49,490 bases of DNA from Eubacteriales bacterium (GCA_045586515.1 JAZNAM010000004.1:1-49490), one strand, 5' to 3'; counted from the stretch's first letter, positions 19,372 through 29,086 are shown. The notes: a model not told the origin generated them from the sequence alone. Made by a program: numbers and translations.

Positions 19372-20112
19372 TTGTATTTGGTGCTTCTTGCCGCATTGGG
19401 TGTAGGCGGTGCCACCATTCTTGGCGTCTTGGTGGGATTTGTTTTGCGTGATACTGCGAAACGGTTTTCCGATATGGTGTTATCTTTTGCGGCAGGCGTG
19501 ATGCTCGCCGCCGCTATCTTTGGGCTTATTGAGCCCGCATTGGCGACGGGCGGTATCGACGTATTGCTTGGTATTGCCGGTGTACTTGCAGGGGCGGTTT
19601 GCCTCGCGTATGCGGAGCGGTTGGTCCCTCATATGGCAAAACTTGCCGGATGCGAGCCCAGCGCGGACGGAAGTGTGGAAGGCGTGATGCTGTTTGTGCT
19701 CGCGATTGCCATACACAATCTGCCAGAAGGACTCGCCGCAGGGGTTGGATTTGGCGCGGGAGAGGTCAGCGAGGCAATGTTGATTGCCGGCGGCATTGCC
19801 TTGCAGAATGTGCCGGAAGGTATGGTGATCGTGCCGCCGATGTTAGCGTCCGGCGTGCGGCCCTTTCGCACTTTTTTGCTAGCGGCGCTTACGGGCGTGG
19901 TGGAGATCGTGGGCACGTTTGTCGGCTATTTTGCCGTGCAGATTGCGGCGGCGACACTGCCGTTTTCGCTTGGCTTTGCGGGTGGCACCATGCTCTATGT
20001 GATTGGCGATGAGATGATTCCGCGCACGCACAGGGATGGAAATGGGCGGGCGTCTACTTTCTCGCTGTTGGTGGGATTTTGCCTGATGCTGGTGTTTACG
20101 GCGCTGGTTTAA
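19372..20112 (+). CDS. ZIP family metal transporter (ZupT/GufA)
   Basis: FAAGVM, IHNLPEG, LQNVPEG, DEMIP; TTG start after GGAGG. Confidence 0.9.
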   Translation: MYLVLLAALGVGGATILGVLVGFVLRDTAKRFSDMVLSFAAGVMLAAAIFGLIEPALATGGIDVLLGIAGVLAGAVCLAYAERLVPHMAKLAGCEPSADGSVEGVMLFVLAIAIHNLPEGLAAGVGFGAGEVSEAMLIAGGIALQNVPEGMVIVPPMLASGVRPFRTFLLAALTGVVEIVGTFVGYFAVQIAAATLPFSLGFAGGTMLYVIGDEMIPRTHRDGNGRASTFSLLVGFCLMLVFTALV

Positions 20113-20119
20113 ACAAAAA

Positions 20120-20162
20120 ACAAGAAACTGCCCTTAAAAAATGTTTTAAGGGCAGTTTCTTG
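20120..20162. terminator. Bidirectional terminator
   Basis: CAAGAAACTGCCCTTAAAA..TTTTAAGGGCAGTTTCTTG. Confidence 0.75.
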
Positions 20163-20228
20163 CTTGTAATTGGAAACAATTTAAAACGCAACTGCGGATA
20201 ATTGGAAAATTATAACGCGAAAATGGAA

Positions 20229-23200
20229 TTATTCTTGGTTCAGCTGCGCTTCAAAACGAGCGTGCAGCTCGTCAGAGAGTGCCCTCATTTCCGGTTCGTT
20301 CACCTTTACAACGCGTCGGTCGTAGGTGATAAGGCCGTTGGTTTCATCCTCTACGTCGGTGAGCTGTGTGAGCACAGTGGCGCAAAGCCCTTCGCTTTCT
20401 ATGCAAGGGATCACCTCGTTTTTATAAAGAGCGAGGAGGGCCTCGGAGAACTCCTCCGCGTTTTTAAAGAAGCGGTATCCGTAGGTCTTATCCAGGTTGA
20501 AGGAGTGATCCTCAATCTTAGCGGAATAACCGCCGAATTCGGAGAGCACGAGGGGGCGGTCAGGGCGGTGCTTCAGCTTTAATTTTTTGAAATAAACGTG
20601 CTCGCTTTGCACGTCGCTTTGCTTTGCGTGGAACCAACCTGAGGTGGTGTCATACAAACGTGTGGGATCATAGCCGTGGAGCTTACGGTACAGACGGCTT
20701 GCATCATATTGCCCCCACCCTTCGTTAAAGATGGTGTAATACACAACGCAAGGGTGGCTTTGCAGGTGCAGAATCGTTCCCTTGGCGTCGCGTTCAAAGT
20801 GTTCGCGGCGGCGCTCGCTTGCAAAATGTGTGATGCAGCGGCGCAGTCCCACTGTGGGGAGTGCGGTATCAATCAGGAAATGATACTTGCCGCTGTTCAC
20901 CATATCCTGAAACACGAGCATGCCGTGTTTGTCGCAAAAATAGTAGAAAAGATCGGGCTCGATCTTGATATGCTTGCGCAACATGTTAAAGCCCAGCGCC
21001 TTGGCGCGCAGAATATCATCAAGGAAGCCCTTGGGTGAAGCGGGGAGATAGATACCGTCGCTGAAATAGCCTTGATCAAGCAGACCGTGGCAGAAGATTG
21101 GCTTGCCGTTGAGAGTGATATAGGAACGATCGCCCGACTGCATGGTGCCAACCGTGCGCAGACCGAAGTAGGAGTGCACGGTGTCGTTGCCGTCGGTCAG
21201 GGTGAAATCGTAGAGATAGGGGGAATCGGGCGTCCACAAAACAGGGTTCTCGATAACAACACTTGTGGAATTACCCGCGAAACGGTGTGAGATATCGCCA
21301 GTTGGCGTGTGAATAATGAGCGTTTTTTCCTCGTTGCCGCCCTCGACCTGTACATAGATCGTGTCGAGCGTGGTCGTCACGTTCAGGGTGCGGAAATAGT
21401 CGCGCGGCACGCTTTCCGCCCATACGGATTGCCAGATGCCCGACACCGGTGTGTACCACATGCCGCCGCGTTTCTTTGTTTGTTTGCCGTAGGCAAGGTC
21501 AGTGTCGAGCTCGTCTGTAACGGTAAGCGTCAATTGATTCTCCCCTGCGGTGAGCGCGTCTGTAATATCAAAAGAGAAGGGGAGATAGCCGCCCTCGTGC
21601 GTGCCGATTTCTACGTTGTTGACGCAGAGCGTTGCAATTTGGTCGACGGCGCCAAAATGGAGCAGGACGTGGTCTTTTTTAAAATCGTTTGGTAACGTAA
21701 AGGTGCGCGTATAGACGTACTTTTCACCGCGACCAAGTGTGCGCTCGATACCAGACAGCCGCGATTCGGGTGGGAACGGTACGAGAATTTCGCCAAGAGG
21801 CGTTTCTCTTTTCCCTTTTTTTACGGCAAGGTGCCATGTGCCGTTGAGCGGCAGATAGGAGTCGCGGCGCAGCTGGGGGCGGGGGTATTCCCGATCAAAT
21901 GCCGCATCATCCCCCTCGTAGGGTGTGGTGAGATCGCGGCGTGTGCGCGGCTTTTGCCATTTGAGGATCAAGGCAAACAGTAGGGCAGTGAGCAGTATGA
22001 CGGCGAGTGCTGCGGCGAAAATATTGGCGTTTGGCACGAAGGATTGCGTGCCGTCGCTATTGGTGATCATTTGAGCGTTTTTTAGCACCGTTTTACCGAT
22101 AAACGGTCCTACGATACCGGGAATGAGCACTTGGGAGAAGATACGCACGCCCTGGAAGCGTCCCGCTTCACCCGTGGGGGTAAGGTCACGAATGCGCGCC
22201 CCGAATACCGCCATGCCACATAGGTAACCGCACATCATCAAAAGGGAGCCTATAAACACAGGGAGTTTGGTGCGCGTGAAGAAGAGAACAACAAAGCCAA
22301 CGGCAAGGGCGAGAAGGGCGATCCATCCCGAGAACGCGAAGCCCTTTTTATCATACACGCGTCCCCAAAGCACAGTGGCAACCGACGCGAGGATAATGGC
22401 GGGTGCCATCACGAGCACGTAGTCGGTCATGCCGAGCGATACCTCGTAGTATAAGATGAGGTAGGGCATGAAGATTTGAATGGCAATGTTGAAGAGAATG
22501 AAAACAGCAAGTGAGAGGTAAAGAGTGCCGTTTTTGCGAACGGTCCGCGGTGCAAAGCCGTGCAGAACGGTGCGCAGGTAGGTGCCGCTTGCTTTTTCGG
22601 TGCGGGGTTCTTTTATGAGGAAGATACCGAGCACGCCGATCAGCGTGACGGCAATGCCGATGATGGTGAAGATGGCAAGCCAGCTTTCGCTTTTATCGAG
22701 GTCAAAAGCCATGAAGCCGCCGAACACGGCGAGAATGGCAACGAGGGGCATCATCGCATTGATCCCCTCTGCTTTGCCACGGTTGGTGGTGTCGGTGCTG
22801 TCCGTGAGCCAAGCGTTAAAGGCGGCGTCGTTTGCGCTGGAGCCAAAGAAGGTCATCACGCAGTCCAGCGCAATCACCGCGTCAATGGCCAGAGCAGCGG
22901 CACCTAACCCCATGGTGGCAAGGAGAGATCCAAACGTTGCTTCAATGAGGTCGGTGCGCACAAACGCGAAGCCGAGGATGGAAACGCCCCACAAAATATA
23001 GCCGCCACACATGAACAGCTTGCGCCGCCCGATCTTATCGGAGAGTGCGCCGACCAGCACGGTGGTGAGCGTTGCCGCCACGGCGCTTGCCGCGACCATG
23101 GCAGAGATGTCACCCGCGCTTGCATGAAACATTTTGTAAAGGAAAACGTTGAGGTACATATTTTCAACTACCCACGCGATCTGTCCGACAAGCGAGAAAA

Positions 23201-23243
23201 GCGTGAGTGCCGCCAAAAAGCGCGGGGAAAGTTTCTTTTTCAT
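20229..23243 (-). CDS. MFS transporter - GH2 glycoside hydrolase fusion protein (~1004 aa)
   Basis: N-half multi-TM with GALSDKIGRRK motif A; C-half YPRPQ, HFGAVD, GFNMLRKHIK, FNEGWGQ, LSEFGG; one uninterrupted ORF. Confidence 0.88.
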   Translation of the reverse strand: MKKKLSPRFLAALTLFSLVGQIAWVVENMYLNVFLYKMFHASAGDISAMVAASAVAATLTTVLVGALSDKIGRRKLFMCGGYILWGVSILGFAFVRTDLIEATFGSLLATMGLGAAALAIDAVIALDCVMTFFGSSANDAAFNAWLTDSTDTTNRGKAEGINAMMPLVAILAVFGGFMAFDLDKSESWLAIFTIIGIAVTLIGVLGIFLIKEPRTEKASGTYLRTVLHGFAPRTVRKNGTLYLSLAVFILFNIAIQIFMPYLILYYEVSLGMTDYVLVMAPAIILASVATVLWGRVYDKKGFAFSGWIALLALAVGFVVLFFTRTKLPVFIGSLLMMCGYLCGMAVFGARIRDLTPTGEAGRFQGVRIFSQVLIPGIVGPFIGKTVLKNAQMITNSDGTQSFVPNANIFAAALAVILLTALLFALILKWQKPRTRRDLTTPYEGDDAAFDREYPRPQLRRDSYLPLNGTWHLAVKKGKRETPLGEILVPFPPESRLSGIERTLGRGEKYVYTRTFTLPNDFKKDHVLLHFGAVDQIATLCVNNVEIGTHEGGYLPFSFDITDALTAGENQLTLTVTDELDTDLAYGKQTKKRGGMWYTPVSGIWQSVWAESVPRDYFRTLNVTTTLDTIYVQVEGGNEEKTLIIHTPTGDISHRFAGNSTSVVIENPVLWTPDSPYLYDFTLTDGNDTVHSYFGLRTVGTMQSGDRSYITLNGKPIFCHGLLDQGYFSDGIYLPASPKGFLDDILRAKALGFNMLRKHIKIEPDLFYYFCDKHGMLVFQDMVNSGKYHFLIDTALPTVGLRRCITHFASERRREHFERDAKGTILHLQSHPCVVYYTIFNEGWGQYDASRLYRKLHGYDPTRLYDTTSGWFHAKQSDVQSEHVYFKKLKLKHRPDRPLVLSEFGGYSAKIEDHSFNLDKTYGYRFFKNAEEFSEALLALYKNEVIPCIESEGLCATVLTQLTDVEDETNGLITYDRRVVKVNEPEMRALSDELHARFEAQLNQE

Positions 23244-23377
23244 AGGAACCTCCGGGGGAAGTGATGCATACATTTTAACACGCAAGGATACCTTTGTCAA
23301 ATCATACGCGTTTTGCTACTTGAATTTACATGCTAAATGATGTAAAATAAAAATAACGACAAACAAGGAGAATTTCG

Positions 23378-24010
23378 ATGAAGGTATTACTTGTAAACGG
23401 AAGCCCACACGAGAATGGTTGTACGGCAAGAGCGCTTGCCGAGATCGCGACGACGCTTCACGCGTGTGGTGTGGAAAGCGAGATTTTTCAACTTGGTGCG
23501 GATGCAATCGGTGGATGTCGCGGTTGCGGTGCTTGTGGCAAGCTCGGCCACTGTGTGATCGAGGATAAGGTGAACGCGTTTGCGGAGCTTGCAAAGGATG
23601 CGGACGGCTTTATTTTCGGATCCCCCGTGCATTATGCGGCGGCAAGCGGCAATATCACCGCGTTTATGGATCGCCTGTTTTACTCGGACATGTGTGGCAG
23701 ACGCCGCGCCTTTTACTTAAAGCCCGCGGCGGCGATCGTATGTGCACGCCGTGGCGGCACGACCGCAGCGTTGGATCAGCTGAACAAATACTTCACCATT
23801 TCGCAAATGCCCGTTGTACCGTCTTGCTATTGGAACATGGTACACGGTTCTACTCCTGCACAGGTGGAAGAGGATGCGGAGGGAATGCAGGTCATGCGCA
23901 CGTTGGCGCGCAATATGGCGTGGATGCTCAAATGCCGTGAGGCGGCAAATGCCGCAGGCGTGGAGCTTCCCGAGCGCGAGCGCCGCGTGTTTACCAACTT
24001 TATCCGTTGA
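23378..24010 (+). CDS. Flavodoxin-family iron-sulfur flavoprotein / NADPH-dependent FMN reductase
   Basis: NGSPHENGCT, CRGCGAC..HC, GSPVHY. Confidence 0.9.
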   Translation: MKVLLVNGSPHENGCTARALAEIATTLHACGVESEIFQLGADAIGGCRGCGACGKLGHCVIEDKVNAFAELAKDADGFIFGSPVHYAAASGNITAFMDRLFYSDMCGRRRAFYLKPAAAIVCARRGGTTAALDQLNKYFTISQMPVVPSCYWNMVHGSTPAQVEEDAEGMQVMRTLARNMAWMLKCREAANAAGVELPERERRVFTNFIR

Positions 24011-24019
24011 GGTGGTAGG

Positions 24020-25138
24020 ATGAGCGCAAGTTTCCCTGAGATCAAAAAGAATTTTGGCTTTGGCTGCATGCGGTTGCCGATGAAGGACGGCGAGGTGGAT
24101 ACTGCCGAGTTTTCGCGGATGGTGGATGCGTTTCTTGACGCGGGCTTCAATTATTTTGATACCGCGCACGGCTACCTGAACGGCAAGAGCGAAACGGCGA
24201 TAAAGACGTGTCTTTCTTCGCGTCATCCGCGCGAGCGTTATTTGCTTGCGAACAAACTGTCAGGGCATCATTTTCATTCCAATGAGGAGATCATGCCGCT
24301 TTTTCAAAGTCAGTTGGATGCATGTGGTGTGGATTACTTTGACTTTTACTTAATGCACGCGCAGGATCGTGTGCTGTTTGAAAAGTATAAGCAATGCCGC
24401 GCCTATGAAAAAGCATTTGAATTGCGCGAGGCGGGTCTTGTACATCACGTGGGACTTTCTTTTCACGATAAAGCGGCGGTGCTGGATCGGATACTTACGG
24501 AGTATCCTCAGATCGAGTTTGTGCAGATACAGTTCAATTACATGGACTATGAAGACGTGTCGGTGGAAGGACGCAAATGCTATGAGGTGTGCCGCAAGCA
24601 CGGGAAGCCCGTGTTTGTGATGGAGCCCGTAAAGGGCGGTTGCCTGGTGGCACTCCCCGAGGAGGCGGAAGCGGTGCTTCGCGCGTTTGGCGAAGCTTCG
24701 ATGGCGAGTTATGCAATCCGCTTTGCCGCAGGTTTTGAAGGCGTTGAGATGGTGCTCTCCGGAATGGGAAATATGGAGATGATGACCGATAATCTTGGTT
24801 ATATGCAGGACTTTTTGCCGCTTGATGCGCGTGAGCGTGAGGGAATTGCACGAGTGGTAGAGATCTTGCAATCCAAGAAGTTGATTTCTTGTACCGCGTG
24901 CAAATACTGTATGGAGCGTTGCCCCATGGGCATCAAGATCCCGAAGCTCTTCTCCTGCCTCAACGGCAGAGAACTCTACCGCAGTTGGAATGCCGCGTAC
25001 TATTACAGCGTACACACCAAAAAGGGTGGCCTTGCCTCCGAGTGCCTCGGTTGCGGTCTTTGCGAGGAGGTCTGTCCCCAACATCTGCCGATCCGTGACC
25101 TCTTGCGTGACGTGGCGGCATCGTTTGAAAAAAAGTGA
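24020..25138 (+). CDS. Aldo/keto reductase with 4Fe-4S dicluster domain
   Basis: FGFGCMRLP, YFDTAHGY, MEPVKGG, CTACKYC, CLGCGLCEEVCP. Confidence 0.9.
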   Translation: MSASFPEIKKNFGFGCMRLPMKDGEVDTAEFSRMVDAFLDAGFNYFDTAHGYLNGKSETAIKTCLSSRHPRERYLLANKLSGHHFHSNEEIMPLFQSQLDACGVDYFDFYLMHAQDRVLFEKYKQCRAYEKAFELREAGLVHHVGLSFHDKAAVLDRILTEYPQIEFVQIQFNYMDYEDVSVEGRKCYEVCRKHGKPVFVMEPVKGGCLVALPEEAEAVLRAFGEASMASYAIRFAAGFEGVEMVLSGMGNMEMMTDNLGYMQDFLPLDAREREGIARVVEILQSKKLISCTACKYCMERCPMGIKIPKLFSCLNGRELYRSWNAAYYYSVHTKKGGLASECLGCGLCEEVCPQHLPIRDLLRDVAASFEKK

Positions 25139-25146
25139 GGGATATC

Positions 25147-25692
25147 ATGATTACAGTAGCACAGAAAAAGAAAACGATAGGCGCACGACTGCTTGTTGTG
25201 CTGGTTACGCTTGTTGCCGCCGTGCTGTTGCCCCAAATCTGTCATTTGCTTGGCCGTGCGTCGGGAGTTGGGAGCGCGCTTGGTGAAATGCTTTTGCCCA
25301 TGCACTTGCCGATCCTTTTGGCGGGTGCGCTGGCAGGCCCCTTTGTGGGTGGCGTGGCAGGTGTGATGGCGCCCCTTGTGTCATTCGTACTCACGGGTAT
25401 GCCCGGTGCGGCTTTGCTCCCCTTTATGGTGATTGAGCTTGGCGTATACGGCCTTTGCGCCGGCGCGCTTTCGCGCACGAAGCTGCCCACCGTGGCACAG
25501 CTTGTTGCCGCACAGTTCGCAGGGCGTGTGATGCGCGCTTTGGCAATCGTCGTTGCCGTGTATGGCTTTTCCTATACGGCAGTACCCGTTGCGATCATTT
25601 GGAACAGTGTGCGCGTTGGATTGATCGGTATCGCCTTGCAGTGGATGATGATTCCCCTTATTGTATACCGTGTTAAACATGCATCGCGATAA
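25147..25692 (+). CDS. ECF transporter S component
   Basis: LPQICH, LLPMHLP, LTGMP, about six TM helices. Confidence 0.8.
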   Translation: MITVAQKKKTIGARLLVVLVTLVAAVLLPQICHLLGRASGVGSALGEMLLPMHLPILLAGALAGPFVGGVAGVMAPLVSFVLTGMPGAALLPFMVIELGVYGLCAGALSRTKLPTVAQLVAAQFAGRVMRALAIVVAVYGFSYTAVPVAIIWNSVRVGLIGIALQWMMIPLIVYRVKHASR

Positions 25693-26107
25693 TCTGGTGC
25701 GCGCGATCGCGCGTCTTGAAGAAGGAAATTTCACTTGCGTTTTAACCGACGGCGTCCACACGTTCGACAGCCGCGCGCGCGGTGTTGCACCGTTACTTGC
25801 GTGGATAGAGAGTGGCGAAGTGCCGAACGGATGCGTTGCGGCAGACCGCGTGGTCGGTCGCGCAGCGGCATTTTTGTACGTGCACTTGAATGTCACGGCA
25901 GTATATGCACACGTGATGAGCCGCCCCGCCATCGAGGTGTTCGAGCGTTACGGTATTGCGTACAGTGCGGGGGAGCAGGTCGAGGCGATCCGCAATCGTA
26001 CGGGAACGGGGTATTGCCCGATGGAGCGTGCCGTTTGGAACGTGAGCGATGCTGTCGGTGTACCCGATCTGTTGCGCGATGCGTTGAAAAAACTAAAAGA
26101 ACAATAA
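25679..26107 (+). CDS. DUF1893 (TM1506-like) protein
   Basis: RGVAPL, ADRVVGRAAA, IRNRTGTGYCPME. Confidence 0.85.
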   Translation: MHRDNLVRAIARLEEGNFTCVLTDGVHTFDSRARGVAPLLAWIESGEVPNGCVAADRVVGRAAAFLYVHLNVTAVYAHVMSRPAIEVFERYGIAYSAGEQVEAIRNRTGTGYCPMERAVWNVSDAVGVPDLLRDALKKLKEQ

Positions 26108-26131
26108 ATCAAAGAAAATTCGCCCTTTTCG

Positions 26132-26171
26132 TTACAGTTGTATTGACACATGTAAATGGATGTGTTATAAT
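26132..26171 (+). promoter_or_regulatory. sigmaA promoter overlapped by a NiaR-type operator
   Basis: TTGACA 26143-48, 17 bp, TATAAT 26166-71; dyad TTACAGTTGTATTGACACATGTAA 26132-26155. Confidence 0.75.
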
Positions 26172-26275
26172 GTTTGGTGAAATATCCACACGGCTGTCGA
26201 AGGGGCAATTTTTTTTGTATTCTTTGCCGCGTGTTGTGCCGTTTCGAAAAATGAACTGATACGGAGGAATAGAGA

Positions 26276-26785
26276 ATGAAAACCAAGGAAAGAAGAAATG
26301 CGATCGCCGTCTGGCTCCTCGGCGAGAAGAAGCCGATCTCGGGTGATATGATCGCGGCGCGTTATAAGGTGTCGCGCCAGACTGTTGTAAAGGATATTTC
26401 CGTTCTGCGCGAGATGGGTTATGAGATCCTGCCCACGCACAGCGGCTACGTATTGCAGAAATCTCCCCTTGCTGAGCGCGTGTTTGAAGTCAAGCACGCC
26501 ACCGAGCAAACCGAGGACGAGTTGTCCGCCATCGTGGCGCTTGGCGGCACGGTTGCAGACGTGTTTGTGTATCATAAGGTGTACGGTAAGCTGATCGCAC
26601 CGCTTGGTATCTATGCACAGGCGCAGATCGACGACTTTATGCGTGACGTGCGCGAGGGTAAATCGCGCGAGTTGATGAACGTAACGGGCGGAGATCACTT
26701 CCATACGGTACGCGCTGAGACCGAGGAGATCCTCGACAAGATCGGTGCGGCGCTGGACGCAAAGGGCTACCTGGTCAAGAACTGA
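26276..26785 (+). CDS. niaR: Niacin-responsive transcriptional repressor (HTH + 3H domain)
   Basis: VSRQTVVKDISVLR HTH; H..EDEL, HKVYG, HFHTV 3H motifs. Confidence 0.9.
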   Translation: MKTKERRNAIAVWLLGEKKPISGDMIAARYKVSRQTVVKDISVLREMGYEILPTHSGYVLQKSPLAERVFEVKHATEQTEDELSAIVALGGTVADVFVYHKVYGKLIAPLGIYAQAQIDDFMRDVREGKSRELMNVTGGDHFHTVRAETEEILDKIGAALDAKGYLVKN

Positions 26786-26922
26786 CGCTAGAAAAAGGAA
26801 CGGGCAATGCCCGTTCCTTTTTTTGCGAGTTCGCTTGGTATGTATTGGAGCGCTTTGGCTTGCAAACAATGGGGGTTTGTGGTATGATAAATAGTAGAAA
26901 GCTTTGGAAGGTGGCGAGTGCT

Positions 26923-27024
26923 ATGGTGCCTGATATTTATATGGCGCGCGTAACGGCGAAGGATGGCTCGCGCGAAGTGACGGTAGATCCGCTTGCCTTC
27001 GCGCGCTTGCAGGTGGCGCTTTGA
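26923..27024 (+). CDS. Putative 33-aa small protein coupled to the TraX-like gene
   Basis: MVPDIYMARVTAKDGSREVTVDPLAFARLQVAL*; GGAAGGTGG upstream; TGA overlaps the TTG start at 27021. Confidence 0.4.
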   Translation: MVPDIYMARVTAKDGSREVTVDPLAFARLQVAL

Positions 27025-27746
27025 GTGCGGCAAGACGCGGTGTGAGCGGTAACGTGTTAAAGCTTGTCGGTGCGCTGTCTATGGTGCTGGACCACATGGG
27101 CGTGATCCTATTCCCCGAGGTGGCGATATTCCGCATCCTCGGTCGGCTTGCTTTCCCGTTGTTTGCCTTTATGATTGCGGAGGGGTGTCGGCATACGCGA
27201 CACAAATGGCGCCATTTCGGGTGTGTGTTCGGTGTGGCGGCGCTGTGTCAGATCGTGCTGTGTCTATATAACCGCTCGCTTGAGATGAACGTGCTTGTCA
27301 CGTTTTCGATTTCGATTTTGCTCCTATATGCACTCCAATGGTTCTGCACGCATTTCTTTGCGTTGGACACGAAGCCCATGCTTCGTGTTGTGGTGTTGTT
27401 TGCCTTGCTTTTTGGTGTTGGCGGCGTTTTGATTCTGGACCTTTTCGTGGATCTGGACTACGGTGCAGTGGGCTGTTTGTTGCCGCTGTTTGCTGCTGTT
27501 CCGTATGCGATTAACAAAAAGGGAGGCAAGGGCGCGCGCCTCATTTCGGTCGGTGCGTTTGGCGTGGGGTTGTTGCTTCTCTCGCTTGTACAGGGAGGGG
27601 TGCAGATCTTCTCGCTACTTGCTCTGCCGCTTTTGCTTGCCTATTCGGGCACGCGCGGTAAGGCGAAACTGAAATACTTCTTTTACGTGTTCTATCCCAC
27701 GCATTTATTATTATTAGAGGGGATTGCACTGATACTGCGCGATTGA
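27021..27746 (+). CDS. TraX-family membrane acyltransferase
   Basis: LKLVGALSMVLDH, GRLAFPLFAFMIAEG, YSGTRG, FFYVFYPTHL. Confidence 0.88.
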   Translation: MSAARRGVSGNVLKLVGALSMVLDHMGVILFPEVAIFRILGRLAFPLFAFMIAEGCRHTRHKWRHFGCVFGVAALCQIVLCLYNRSLEMNVLVTFSISILLLYALQWFCTHFFALDTKPMLRVVVLFALLFGVGGVLILDLFVDLDYGAVGCLLPLFAAVPYAINKKGGKGARLISVGAFGVGLLLLSLVQGGVQIFSLLALPLLLAYSGTRGKAKLKYFFYVFYPTHLLLLEGIALILRD

Positions 27747-27797
27747 TGCGAGAATAATATTGTGAAAAAAGAAAAGACTAATTGCGAGGTGATGATG

Positions 27798-27956
27798 ATG
27801 AAGAAGTACGCATGTGACGTGTGTGGCTGGGTGTACGACGAGGCGCTGGGCGATCCGGATAACGGTATTGCCCCCGGTACCGCGTTCGACGCCTTACCCG
27901 AGAGCTTCGTTTGCCCTCTTTGCGGTGTAGGGAAGGATCAGTTCAGCGAAGCGTGA
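27798..27956 (+). CDS. Rubredoxin
   Basis: [17 protein letters not shown]. Confidence 0.95.
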   Translation: MKKYACDVCGWVYDEALGDPDNGIAPGTAFDALPESFVCPLCGVGKDQFSEA

Positions 27957-27961
27957 AAAAT

Positions 27962-27992
27962 AAAAAAGCAGGTAGCGCACTACCTGCTTTTT
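27962..27992 (+). terminator. Rho-independent terminator
   Basis: AAAAAGCAGGTAG..CTACCTGCTTTTT. Confidence 0.8.
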
Positions 27993-28055
27993 TGTATGCG
28001 AGAGGACTTCTTTGGGAAAGATAAGCGCGTGTTTTTCATAAAGGAGGGAAGTAAA

Positions 28056-29000
28056 GTGTGTACGGCAATCAGCATCCGCGGCACGCATCATATTTTCGGA
28101 CGCACGCTTGATCTGGAGCGCTCTTACGGCGAGCAGGTTGCGATTATGCCCAAGAATGCACCGCTGCGATTTGTGCGGGAAGGGGTAATGGAGTCGCACG
28201 TGCCACTCGTTGGGGTGTGTTGCGTGCGAGAGGGAGCAGCGCTTTACTACGACGCGATCAGTGGGGCAGGACTGGCGATGGCGGCGCTCAATTTCCCGGA
28301 AAGTGCAGTCTATCACGCACCCAAAGCGGGCTTTTACAACGTGGCATCTTTTGAGCTTATTCCGTTTATACTGGGGCGATCACGCACGATGGAGGAGGCG
28401 CTTTCTCTCCTTGCGTGTGCAAACGTGACACCCGATGCCTTTTGTGCGGAACTGCCTCCCTCATCTTTGCACTGGCTGTTATCTGACGGCGTACGCTCGG
28501 TTGCGGTGGAGAGCGTTGCGGAAGGATTGCGTGTTTATGACGATCCCTTTCACGTGCTTGCCAACGAACCGCCGTTCCCCTATCACATGGCACGCGCGAG
28601 GGAACTGCTTCACCTTTCACCCGTGATGCCACGTAACACGCTTGCGCCCGATGTGAAGCTCACCCCCCTCTCCCGTGGTGTGGGAGCCGTGGGATTGCCC
28701 GGAGATTTCTCCTCGTCCTCGCGGTTTTTGCGTGCACTCTTTGCTTCCTCACACACCGAGAGCGGCGGCTCGGAGCGTGAGGAGGTGGAGCGCTTTTTTC
28801 ACGTGGCAAGTACCGTGAGCGTTCCGCGAGGTTGTGTGCGCGCCGAGGATGGCAGCTCGGTTTGCACCGTGTACACCGCATGCGGTTGCACCGATACGCG
28901 CACCTACTATGTGTGCACCTATGGACGTCGGGAGCTTCGTGCCGTGACGCTGAATGGTATTCCGGACACGGAGCGCGCGCTGCTTGCGTTTCCGCTATAA
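28056..29000 (+). CDS. Linear amide C-N hydrolase (choloylglycine hydrolase / penicillin V acylase family)
   Basis: GTG start gives M-CTA (N-terminal Cys nucleophile); GRTLD, LNFP, GLPGD.SSSSRF; AAGGAGG RBS. Confidence 0.88.
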   Translation: MCTAISIRGTHHIFGRTLDLERSYGEQVAIMPKNAPLRFVREGVMESHVPLVGVCCVREGAALYYDAISGAGLAMAALNFPESAVYHAPKAGFYNVASFELIPFILGRSRTMEEALSLLACANVTPDAFCAELPPSSLHWLLSDGVRSVAVESVAEGLRVYDDPFHVLANEPPFPYHMARARELLHLSPVMPRNTLAPDVKLTPLSRGVGAVGLPGDFSSSSRFLRALFASSHTESGGSEREEVERFFHVASTVSVPRGCVRAEDGSSVCTVYTACGCTDTRTYYVCTYGRRELRAVTLNGIPDTERALLAFPL

Positions 29001-29086
29001 AAGTGCAAAACAAAGCAAGTGATGGCTTGCAAGGCGCAAAGGGTTGTGCTATAATGGTGTTACCGATAGCAAAAAGGAGAACCCTT

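Noticed and set aside
27021-27746. TraX as evidence of a conjugative element
   Set aside because: No relaxase, T4SS or integrase nearby; TraX-like genes are common on Firmicutes chromosomes.
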